Source: Macrostomum lignano
Lineage: Eukaryota
Reading direction: 5' to 3'
DNA: 64,000 nt
Assembly: GCA_002269645.1 (NCBI GenBank)
Contig: NIVC01000649.1
Location: 23,703-87,702, forward strand
The translations under genes were made by a program, and so were the position numbers. Under the pieces are notes generated by a model. It saw only the letters and a list, made by a program, of their open reading frames with translations. It was not told the DNA's origin and ran no database searches. The first letter of the stretch is position 1. Each line of letters opens with the position of its first letter. This document shows, piece by piece, positions 25,508 through 37,348 of this stretch.

Positions 25508-28500
25508 ATGCAAGCTCAATTACTCGACTTGACTACTTTGGTAAGATTTGTTCCAGCTCTTGCTGTTTTTTGTCTCGATGAGATGAGAGGTGAGATAGAG
25601 AGGGAGATTATAAAGTTAGGGAGACGAGAGGGGATGAGAGAAGATGAGAGGAGCTAGGAGCTGGTAGGAGATGAGAGCGGTAGGGAGATGGGAGAAGATG
25701 AGAGAGGGAGAGAGATGAGAGAGGATGAGAGGGAGGGAGATGAGAGGGGATGAGAGGGAGGGAGATGAGAGGGGATGAGAGAGGGAGGGAGATGAGAGGG
25801 GATGACAGAGGGAGGGAGATGAGAGGGGAATGAAAGAGGGAGGGAGATGAGAGGGGAATGAGAGAGGGAGGGAGATGAGAGGGGAATGAAAGAGGGAGGG
25901 AGATGAGAGGGGAATGAAAGAGGGAGGGAGATGAGAGGGGATGAGAGAGGGAGGGAGATGAGAGGGGATGAGAGAGGGAGGGAGATGAGAGGGGATGAGA
26001 GAGGGAGGGAGATGAGAGGGGATGAGAGGGAGGGAGATGAGAGGGGATGAGAGAGGGAGGGAGATGAGAGGGGATGAGAGAGGGAGGGAGATGAGAGGGG
26101 ATGAGAGAGGGAGGGAGATGAGAGGGGATGAGAGAGGGAGGGAGATGAGAGGGGATGAGAGAGGGAGGGAGATGAGAGGGTATGAGAGAGGGAGGGAGAT
26201 GAGAGGGGATGAGAGAGGGAGGGAGATGAGAGGGGATGAGAGAGGGAGGGAGATGAGAGGGGATGAGAGAGGGAGGGAGATGAGAGGGGATGAGAGAGGG
26301 AGGGAGATGAGAGGGGATGAGAGAGGGAGGGAGATGAGAGGGGATGAGAGAGGGAGGGAGATGAGAGGGGATGAGAGAGGGAGGGAGATGAGAGGGGATG
26401 AGAGAGGGAGGGAGATGAGAGGGGATGAGAGAGGGAGGGAGATGAGAGGGGATGAGAGAGGGAGGGACATGAGAGGGGATGAGAGAGGGAGGGAGATGAG
26501 AGGGGATGAGTGAGGGAGGGAGATGAGAGGGGATGACAGCGAGTCGGTGGCCAGCGGCAGAACCAGGCAAATTAATTGAATGAAATTCCTGTAGCCAGGC
26601 AAAGAGGATAAATCAATTAAGAAAACCTCAGAAAACTCTCCAGTTGAATTTGGAGCAAAATGTGGGAGGTGGGATTAGCTCCTGAGGAGGGGAGACTCAA
26701 ACACTCAATTATCAGGGTAGTCAGGCCATCTGCCCCTCTCACAGTCTCTTGGGATCCGAAATCGTCGTATTCACGCGAAACTAAAATAGGATTTGGCAAT
26801 TATTTCGAATTTTTTTGCTCTGAGTTCCAATTAGCGATTGGGGAAGAGCGCCTCAGATGTGCATGGATAACAATGCTGACTGAGGCCCTTCATCTGTTTG
26901 CATTTTTACTCCTCTGTCCAGCATGCTTGACCAGTCGCATTCCCTTGTCACACCCCCTGTCACATCTTCCTGTCACATCTTCCTGGCACATCTTCCTGTC
27001 ACATCCCTGTCCCATTCCTCTATCACATTCCCTCATCGCATCCCCCTGTCAACTTTCCCCGCCAAATCTTTCTGTCACACCTCTTCTCACTCTCCCCTTG
27101 TTGAATTCACTGTATTTCATTGTCACATTTGTTTTCAAACTCCTACGTGATGTATCTGTAAAGGATATATAGGTACATCCTTCTCTAGAGTACAGCCAGA
27201 TGTACACCCCATGTGAACACAGCCAGATGTACATCTCATGGGAACACAGCCAGATGTACATCTCATGAGAACACAGCCAGATGTACAACCCAGGTGAACA
27301 CAGCCAGATGTACATCTCATGAGAACACAGCCAGATGTACAACCCAGGTGAACACAGCCAGATGTACACCTCATGAGAACACAGCCAGATGTACACCTCA
27401 TGAGAACACAGCCAGATGTACACCTCATGAGAACACAGCCAGATGTACACCTCATGAGAACACAGCCAGATGTACACCCCAGGTGAAAACAGCCAGATGT
27501 ACATCTCATGTACACTCTCCCAACCCGCAGGCGCCAGCCAACGCTTCGCTGCCACCGTACCCGGGACTGGGCCGCACGAGCATCGCCAAGAGCAGCATTC
27601 TGCTCTGCATTTTCACCTTCGCCCTGCTGACAAACTTGCGCGCTCTCCGACGCGTCACCGACAAGCGTCGAAATGCGCACTGCAGTCAGCTGATGCTGCA
27701 CCTGATTGTGGCCGACCTGCTAGTTGTGTTCTTCTGTTTCCTAGGCAACGTGGCTTGGATGATGACGGTGCAGTTTTACGGCGGCGACTTGCTGTGCCGG
27801 CTGTTCAAATTCCTTCAAGGCCTATCGCTGACCGCCAGCGCCTACGTGACGGTTGCCATCGGCATTGACCGAGCGGTGGCCGTGGTCAAGCCGTGGAACT
27901 GGAGCAGCCCGACTGTTCGGGTGCGACTGCTGACTGCGGCCTGGCTGCTGAGCTGCTTGATGGCCGCGCCGCAGGTGAGAATGGGCTTGGCGTGTTAAAG
28001 CTGAGGGCGTTTTTCACAGCTGCGTACTACCCACCGGGACTGTGTACATTTCATAAGTCTGTGTTCATCCTGACACGGTTCTGCGTTCACCTCGATGTCT
28101 AACAGAGTGCCTCATGTCTAACAGAGTGCCTCATGTCTAACACAAGTGCCTCATGTCTAACACAAGTGCCTCATTTCTAACACAAGTGCCTCATGTCTAA
28201 CAGAGTGCCTCATGTCTAACACAAGTGCCTCATGTCTAACAGAGTGCCTCATGTCTAACACAAGTGCCTCATGTCTAACACAAGTGCCTCATTTCTAACA
28301 CAAGTGCCTCATGTCTAACAGAGTGCCTCATGTCTAACACAAGTGCCTCATGTCTAACAGAGTGCCTCATGTCTAACACAAGTGCCTCATGTCTAATAGC
28401 TAGAGTGCCTCATTTCTAATAGAGTGCCTCATTTCTAACACAAGTGCCTCATGTCTAACACTAGTGCCTCATGTCTAACACAAGTGCCTCATGTCTAACA

Positions 28501-31500
28501 CAAGTGCCTCATGTCTAACACAACTGCCTCATGTCTAACACAAGTGCCTCATGTCTAACAGAGTGCCTCATGTCTAACAGAGTGCCTCATGTCTAACACA
28601 AGTGCCTCATGTCTAACACAACTGCCTCATGTCTAACACAAGTGCCTCATGTCTAACAGAGTGCCTCATGTCTAACAGAGTGCCTCATGTCTAACAGAGT
28701 GCCTCATGTCTAACAGAGTGCCTCATGTCTAACAGAGTGCCTCATGTCTAACAGAGTGCCTCATGTCTAATAGAGTGCCTCATGTCTAATACAAGTGCCT
28801 CATGTCTAACACAAGTGCCTCATTTCTAACACAAGTGCCTCATGTCTAATAGAGTGCCTCATGTCTAACACAAGTGCCTCATGTCTAACACAACTGCCTC
28901 ATGTCTAACACAACTGCCTCATGTCTAACACAACTGCCTCATGTCTAACACAACTGCCTCATGTCTAACACAACTGCCTCATGTCTAACACAAGTGCCTT
29001 ATGTCTAACAGAGTTTCTGTTAATGTCTATTATGTCTAACAGAGTGATTCATGTCTAACAGAGTGCCTCATGTCTAACACAAGTGCCTCATGTTTAACAC
29101 AAGTGCCTCATGTCTAACACAAGTGCCTCATGTCTAACACAAGTGCCTCATGTCTAACACATGTGCCTTATGTCTAACACAAGTGCCTCATGTCTAACAC
29201 AAGTGTCTCATGTCTAACACAAGTGCCTCATGTCTAACACAAGTGTCTCATGTCTAACACAAGTGCCTCATGTCTAACACAAGTACCTCATGTCTAACAC
29301 AAGTGCTTTATGTCTAAAACAAGTGCTTACGAGTATGCTTAACACAAGTGCCTCATGTCTAACACAAGTGCCTCATGTCTAACACAAGTGCCTCATGTCT
29401 AACACAAGTGCCTCATGTCTAACACAAGTGCCTCATGTCTAACTTTTAAGCTATTCTTCTTTGGACTGGCCCGAGGTCCATGGACAGAAGATTTCTACCA
29501 GTGCGTCTCGTTGGAAATGCAGCCCACTGGTACAGATCACCTGACAGCTCACATGAACAAGCTGGTGCTGGCCTACATGCTGTTTAACATTGCCAGTCTG
29601 TTTCTTGGCCCACTGTGCTGCTTGAGCACAGCTTACGGACTTATTATTAGCAGGATCTCAGCGAAATCTCGCGAACTGGGCGGTGAGTAAACAGCTATGG
29701 AAATATTGATCGATTGTTAATGCATTAATTAATGGCATTTGTACTTCTACTCCTGCTCATTCAGAGATACAGAGACTGAGAACGAGTTCGAATATAAGGC
29801 AGAGGAGCAGATATGAGAGAGGCAGAGATGAGAGAGGCGGAGATGAGAGAGGCAGAGTTGAGAGAGGCAGAGATTAGAGAGACAGAGATGAGAGAGGCAG
29901 TGATGAGAGAGGCAGTGATGAGAGAGGCAGTGATGAGAGAGGCAGTGATGAGAGGGGCAGTGATGAGAGGGGCAGAGATGACAGAGGCAGAGATGAGAGG
30001 GGCAGAGATGAGAGAGGCAGAGATGAGAGGGGCAGAGATGACAGAGGCAGAGATGAGAGGGGCAGAGATGAGAGAGGCAGAGATGAGAGAGGCAGAGACG
30101 GGAGAGGCAGGGATGAGAGAGGCAGAGACGAGAGGGGCAGAGATGAGAGAGGCAGAGATGAGAGGGGCAGAGATGAGAGGGGCAGAGATGAGAGAGGCAG
30201 AGATGAGAGGGGCAGAGATGAGGGTTGCAGAGACGGGAGAAGCGGAGATGAGAGGGACAGAGATGGGAGAGGCAGAGACGAGAGGGGCAGGGATGAGAGG
30301 CAGAGACGAGAGAGGCAGAGACGAGAGGGGCAGTGATGAGAGGGGCAGAGATGAGAGAGGCAGTGATGAGAGAGGCAGTGATGAGAGGGGCAGAGATGAG
30401 AGGGGCAGAGATGAGAGGGGCAGTGATGAGAGGGGCAGAGATGAGAGAGGCAGAGATGAGAGAGGCAGTGATGAGAGGGGCAGAGATGAGAGGGGCAGAG
30501 ATGAGAGGGGCAGAGATGAGAGGGGCAGAGATGAGAGAGGCAGAGATGAGAGAGGCAGAGATGAGAGATGCAGAGATAAGAGAGGCAGGGATGAGAGAGG
30601 CAGGGATGAGAGAGGCAGTGATGAGAGGGGCAGAGATGAGAGAGGCAGAGATGAGAGATGCAGAGATGAGAGAGGCAGGGATGAGAGAGGCAGTGATGAG
30701 AGGGGCAGAGATGAGAGAGGCAGAGATGAGAGATGCAGAGATGAGAGAGGCAGAGATGAGAGGGGCAGTGATGAGAGAGGCAGAGATGAGAGAGGCAGAG
30801 ATGAGAGAGGCAGGGATGAGAGAGGCAGTGATGAGAGGGGCAGAGATGAGAGGGGCAGAGATGAGAGGGGCAGAGATGAGAGGGGCAGAGATGAGAGAGG
30901 CAGAGATGAGAGAGGCAGTGATGAGAGATGCAGAGATGAGAGAGGCAGGGATGAGAGAGGCAGAGATGAGAGAGGCAGGGATGAGAGAGGCAGTGATGAG
31001 AGGGGCAGAGATGAGAGAGGCAGAGATGAGAGATGCAGAGATGAGAGAGGCAGAGATGAGAGAGGCAGGGATGAGAGAGGCAGTGATGAGAGGGGCAGAG
31101 ATGAGAGAGGCAGAGATGAGAGATGCAGAGATGAGAGAGGCAGGGATGAGAGAGGCAGTGATGAGAGGGGCAGAGATGAGAGAGGCAGAGATGAGAGATG
31201 CAGAGATGAGAGAGGCAGGGATGAGAGAGGCAGTGATGAGAGGGGCAGAGATGAGAGAGGCAGAGATGAGAGATGCAGAGATGAGAGAGGCAGAGATGAG
31301 AGGGGCAGTGATGAGAGAGGCAGAGATGAGAGAGGCAGAGATGAGAGAGGCAGGGATGAGAGAGGCAGTGATGAGAGGGGCAGAGATGAGAGGGGCAGAG
31401 ATGAGAGGGGCAGAGATGAGAGGGGCAGAGATGAGAGAGGCGGAGATGAGAGAGGCAGTGATGAGAGATGCAGAGATGAGAGAGGCAGGGATGAGAGAGG

Positions 31501-34500
31501 CAGAGATGAGAGAGGCAGGGATGAGAGAGGCAGTGATGAGAGGGGCAGAGATGAGAGAGGCAGAGATGAGAGATGCAGAGATGAGAGAGGCAGAGATGAG
31601 AGAGGCAGGGATGAGAGAGGCAGTGATGAGAGGGGCAGAGATGAGAGAGGCAGAGATGAGAGATGCAGAGATGAGAGAGGCAGAGATGAGAGAGGCAGGG
31701 ATGAGAGAGGCAGGGATGAGAGAGGCAGAGATGAGAGGGGCAGAGATGAGAGATGCAGAGATGAGAGGGGCAGAGATGAGAGAGGCAGAGATGAGAGAGG
31801 CAGAGACGGGAGAGGCAGGGATGAGAGAGGCAGAGATGAGAGGGGCAGAGATGAGAGGGGCAGAGATGAGAGAGGCAGAGATGAGAGGGGCAGAGATGAG
31901 GGTTGCAGAGACGGGAGAAGCGGAGATGAGAGGGACAGAGATGGGAGAGGCAGAGACGAGAGGGGCAGGGATGAGAGGCAGAGACGAGAGAGGCAGAGAC
32001 GAGAGGGGCAGTGATGAGAGGGGCAGAGATGAGAGAGGCAGTGATGAGAGAGGCAGTGATGAGAGGGGCAGAGATGAGAGGGGCAGAGATGAGAGGGGCA
32101 GAGATGAGAGGGGCAGAGATGAGAGAGGCAGAGATGAGAGAGGCAGTGATGAGAGGGGCAGAGATGAGAGGGGCAGAGATGAGAGAGGCAGAGATGAGAG
32201 GGGCAGAGACGAGAGAGGCAGAGATAAGAGAGGCAGAGATAAGAAAGGCAGAGATAAGAGAGGCAGTGATGAGAGAGGCAGATATGAGAGAGGCAGAGAT
32301 GAGAGAGGCAGAGATGAGAGAGGCAGAGATGAGAGAGGCAGAGATGAGAGAGGCAGAGATGAGAGAGGCAGAGATAAGAGAGGCAGAGATAAGAGAGGCA
32401 GAGACGAGAGAGGCAGAGATGAGAGGGGCAGAGACGAGAGAGGCAGATGTGATATTTATGCAAGTCACGAGGATGGTTGCGAAAATGTCTAGGTCAGACG
32501 GAATCGTGGATATAGAATTCACCCCTAACAAGAGAATCTAGTAATCTTTAAATTTGCAGTTTCAACCGCTCTTCACCAAAATTAATCTTATAAGCTCACT
32601 TCCGCTCGCATTGAAACTATGGACTTGGTTGCCTGTGTGCAATTCGATTCTGGCCAATCCTTTCATTAAGTGGATGGATTCTGCTATGGGAATTGAATTA
32701 TTGTGACTCTGGAATTGCCTATTACATATAGGTTATAACCTCTATATGACTTTAGATTGTACAACATCAAGGCTTTCTGTGCACTTTTATTGAAAGCTAG
32801 TTTATATTGACTCTTAACTATAATTACTAGCCTATCGCTGAGTAACACACTCCAGTATAACACCCTCCTGTGTAACATCCACCGGTGTAACACCCTCCTG
32901 TGTAACATCCACCGGTGTAACACCCTCCTGTGTAACATCCACCGGTGTAACACCCTCCTGTGTAACATCCACCGGTGTAACACCCTCCTGTGTAACACCC
33001 TCCTGTGTAACAACCTCCTGTGTAACACCCTCCTGTGTAACACCCTCCTGTGTAACACCGTCCTGTGTAACACCCCCTCCTGTGTCTAACAGGATTGTGT
33101 TGTCTTCCAATATTCCAACAGGCAGTCCAGATGCAAATTGCACCCAGGTTACCAAATGCAAATCTCCTTTTTTGCTACAATAGCATGCTGCATTCAGCAA
33201 ATTCGTGATAGAATTTACGGAAACAATGGATTGTTTGAATTTCAATTATTCAAAGGTTATTTCCAAGCTGTTTTTTCCTCATTTCATAGGCAATACCGGG
33301 TATTCGTTTGGTGTTTATTGTTAAAGCATTTTTTACTCCAAATTAAAAATTTAATCTTCATAGTGCAACTCAGTCAGCATTAGGGAGAGTTTAGCCAGTC
33401 CTTTTAGACTGACCGATCTCCAACACTAGAATCTCACCCTGAGAGTCTTTGTGAGACTAATTCTAATTGCTATCCCATACCACAGAATCTCACCCTGAGA
33501 GTCTTTGTGAGATCGACTCTAATTGCTATCTGAGACCCTAGAATCTCACCCAGAGAGTCTTTTCTCAGACCATAGAATCTCACCTTGAGAGTCTTTGTGA
33601 GACCGACTCTAATTGCTATCCTATACCATAGAATCTCACCTTGAGAGTCTTTGTGAGACTAACTCTAATTGCTATCCCATACCACAGAGTCTCACCCTGA
33701 GAGTCTTTGTGAGATCGACTCTAATTGCTATCTGAGACCCTATAATCTCACCCAGAGAGTCTTTTCTCAGACCATAGAATCTCACCTTGAGAGTCTTTGT
33801 GAGACCGACTCTAATTGCTATCCCATACCATAGAATCTCACCTTGAGAGTCTTTGTGAGAATAACTTCAATTGCTATCTGAGATCCTATCTAATTGCTAT
33901 CTTTTCTTCTACGTCACTTCAGCCACGGATGCTGAAAGTCTTAACAGCGATCAACAGCAGCAACAGCAGCAGCAGCCGCTGCAGCCCCAACCCCAATCCA
34001 GCCCGCCGACACTCTGCACCGACTTCTCAAATAGCCATCATCATTCAAGACAGCAGCAGCAGCGGTCTCAACTTCAGTCCCAGTCGCCACCGAGCTACGA
34101 GATGCAATTAAACCAAGCCGGCAACTTCATCGCCAGTTATCGTCAGGCATTTTTATTTCGCGTCAAATTGCGCAGCTTTCGAATGTTCTCCGTCATCATT
34201 TTGACATTCCTACTGCTTTGGCTGCCCTACTGGGGACTGTACATATTTGCGTGCGCTAACCGGCTTAGCGGAGGTCGGTACAACGACGCGGTGGAACTGA
34301 TTTCAAACGGCGTGTTCTTTTTCGGCATGTCTACCAGCGCTGTGAATCCGGTAATCTACGGGGCCTATCAGAGCCGCTGGCCGACACCTTTGTCAGCCTG
34401 TTTTGACCGCTGCTGCTGCTGCTGCAAGAGTCTTGAGCAACACGAAGAGATCAACGATCTGGTAGCAGTTGGTTATCGCCAGCAGCCGGTTAATTTGGTG

Positions 34501-34542
34501 ATGAAGCTGAGGAATGAGAGAGCTACTAGCGGACCAGACTGA
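25508..34542 (+). CDS. CRZR: Rhodopsin-family neuropeptide GPCR, corazonin/GnRH receptor type, 4 exons
   Basis: Exons 25508-25540 (MQAQLLDLTTL, inferred), 27531-27974, 29451-29682, 33923-34542 with matching phases 0,0,1. Motifs HLIVADLLVVFFC..NVAWMMTVQF..DLLCRLFK, GIDRAVAV, ARGPWTEDFYQCV, WLPYW, FFFGMSTSAVNPVIYGAY. The RGP..E.FYQCV and FFFGMS.S.VNP.IYG motifs are as I recall from corazonin receptors; the subfamily needs a tree. Confidence 0.85.
25575..26535. repeat. 27-bp GA-rich minisatellite GAGAGGGAGGGAGATGAGAGGGGATGA
   Basis: GPCR intron 1. Confidence 0.95.
27192..27510. repeat. 27-bp minisatellite GAACACAGCCAGATGTACACCTCATGA
   Basis: Ends ~20 bp before the acceptor of GPCR exon 2. Confidence 0.92.
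28095..29443. repeat. 20-bp minisatellite ATGTCTAACACAAGTGCCTC
   Basis: GPCR intron 2; runs up to the acceptor at 29450. Confidence 0.96.
29810..32447. repeat. 15-bp GA-rich minisatellite GCAGAGATGAGAGAG with higher-order blocks
   Basis: GPCR intron 3; 540-bp and ~1678-bp block duplications visible. Confidence 0.96.
32845..33085. repeat. 15/30-bp repeat GTGTAACACCCTCCT / GTGTAACATCCACCG
   Basis: Direct inspection. Confidence 0.9.
33425..33900. repeat. ~40-60-bp compound repeat TAGAATCTCACCCTGAGAGTCTTTGTGAGAC...CTAATTGCTATC
   Basis: Direct inspection; ends near the last GPCR acceptor. Confidence 0.85.
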
Positions 34543-37348
34543 GGTGTGCAGGAACAAGGACCGCATGTTTCTACACAGCACTTCATATTTGCAATAATTC
34601 ATTTTAATTGGAAACTGACGAGATACATTTCTCTCCATTTCCGCTCTAAACTCGGCAATTTAGAGTTCTCAGCTTATCTTTTGACATTCAATGATCATAG
34701 AGAATGTCACGTTTATTGAATTTGAATTTTTGGTAAAGGCTTACTATACAATGTATAACAAACAAAGAAATTTCAAGCAAAATTTTTGCCAGTTTCTATT
34801 GTTCCTGGGAATGTATATATATATTCAAAATCAATATTTTCTTAAAGAATATTGTCCAAAAGATTCTTTATGATAAAACCACTCTACGTGCACTGAAACA
34901 CAATCAGATTCTCGATCTCTATGTTGTGTTTTAAAACAATTGAAATCGGCATAAATTTTATATTTGCGATGTCAACGTATTGTAGTGTTTACATTTTGTG
35001 CAAAGATAACTGAATATTTCATATCCCCTCGATAATTCTTTTCTAGTGAAATTATTTGTTAAAATGAAATCCCATCGTTTTAAATAAGAGGGTCATATAA
35101 GGCTTCTAAGGACAATTTTACGACTAAAAATTTGTTGATTTTTTCCCATTTTTTCCTGCTAATAAGGAATATTTTACAAGCTAAACTGGAAAGTTCTATA
35201 GAACTAGCTAGCTACAGTAACACTATACTCACTCTATTATATATAGTTCTTCATAAATTGGCCACTTTTACTTCTGTACTCCTTTAAGCACAAAAAAGTT
35301 TCGCCAGTTTTGATACAGAAGCCTTAAAGTGTTAAATAATATTCGGTTATAGCTATTAGAATCTAACGGTCGAAAAATTCTTCAATTTATCAATTATCAG
35401 GGCAAAAAATATACAAATAAAAAATTACGTAAACCTTGACATTCCTGCAAAATTATTTTTTCACTCCCGTTGACGTTACAATTGCATTATAAACTTAAGC
35501 AGAAAAGCAAAAAGAATATTCACCGTTGTACGTTGTTAAAGTATTTTTCTAAATCTTGTTCTTCTCATCAAAATGCACCATTGAATAAAAATTTCGTGTT
35601 GTTTTTGCTTTTTGCATTGTGCTAGAATTTTTTTCAAGATGGTATAATCAGTAACAATAATATTTTTTTTCGTATATACGAGTACAGGTACGCTAATATT
35701 TCGTTTTTTGTCGATCGGACCAAATTAGTAGTAAATATCTTTGGTGACAAATTATCATGTTTATTCGTTCCAAGTTCCTGTTTTGCTAAAATTATATTGG
35801 TGTTAACTCTTGATGATAATTTTAATGTTTCGTTCAGTAGTGCAGACTGTGCAGTGTTTTAATTCAGTCACGTGGCGTAGCCAAGACCAAGGTTGGGAGG
35901 TTGCGCCTCCTCTCCATTGGCTTTGACAATAAGCTAGAAAACCCCACAAAAAATCCCTTGCATATTCAAGTGTGACAAGTTTCGTTATACTTTTGCGTTG
36001 TAATGTATGCATATTTTATCGCCCGACTCGATCTATATTGCATCTTGTCCTTAACAAAGAAAGTTTGTGTAGTTTGTTTTTGTTTAAGATTTACTTCGAT
36101 GTGACCCACTATTAGCGCAGATTCTTTTTAATTTTCGTGCAGTATTGTTGTCATCGTTACACGACGTACATACATACACTGTATAACCTTTTAACCCGTC
36201 GCTCGGAATCCCAAACTTCTATATAAAAGTAAACTTGCTAATTACCATCAAAAGTTAAGTCATTCAAGTGTTCATAGCTAAATTGCGCCAAAAAGGGGAA
36301 ATTTTTTTCGAAGAAACATAACAGACAAATCGATCAATCTTAATCAAACAACGAGGTCTGTTCTGAAGAGAGCACTATGTTGTTCGGAAAAAAGAAATAT
36401 TAGATTTTGTGTTGTATATTCTTTGACTTTAAATATTCATGTCATTTTTTGTCTTCGTGTATACTAATATGACTGAGTCATTTGAAATAAAAAAATGAAT
36501 ATTTCGACTTAGTTATACTTTCTGTTAGTCGTGTTGGATTAAGAATTTCTTTAATTAGAAACTACACGCAGCGCAGTTTTTTGGTAAAGAAAAGCTTCGC
36601 TTAAGAAAAAGATATTAGCGACAAAAAGCATAAAACGGAGTTGTACAGCCATTATTATAATATTATGCATATATTTAGTGTCACTGAAATTTCAACTGAA
36701 TGTTCTACTCTTACAAAATAACACGTGCACAATGTAACTACAACTTACTTACATTTTTTGTTTAATTTTAAGTCAAGTATTTCTACTATATCTACGGAAG
36801 CTAGGTACATACTCGTAAATTACTTAAAATACGAGCGCCCGTACTTGTAGTTAGTTAACTTTTTTGGATGTTTTATGTGTGCTGGGACGCTTAACTTGCC
36901 AATCCTTAAATGAGCTAGCTCGACAGAAAATTTTACTCTTAGCACAGACGGTACCTTACGTTCTGAGCATTTGATTTGAATAATATGTAGCGGACCAAGC
37001 AGTCTTAGATATAATACGCTTGTATATTAAAACTTTATGCAGATGAATTTTTTAACGAAATAAGATTATAGCTATTGAAAGCCAGAAACTGGAAATATAC
37101 AATAATTGTTTTCTAAAAAATCTCACCAAGAAAAATTGAATGTTGTGCGCGTTTTACCTAATAATAATAATTATAATAATAAAACTAATATTAATAATAA
37201 TAATAGTACTGTACGAAGTTTTGAAGGGGAGATATATTGTCCATTTAGTCCAAAGAAGCTGAAACATATATGATGTCACTAATGCATTTTAAGCAAAAAA
37301 TGACTTCCAGAAAATTTTTACCATGTCTGGCGCTTTCACGCGAAGTTC

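Noticed and set aside
27213-27530. Repeat-encoded N-terminal extension (NTARCTPHE)n of the GPCR
   Set aside because: The ORF starts at GTG inside a minisatellite; a good acceptor at 27530 joins in phase to an upstream ATG exon that has CCAAT/TATA.
1586-32541. Long ORFs (up to 900 aa) over tandem repeats, e.g. 29761-32463, 13463-14899, 16296-17123, 5156-6022
   Set aside because: They are open because the units lack stops, occur on both strands and several frames, and lie in introns or intergenic DNA of genes with consistent splice models.
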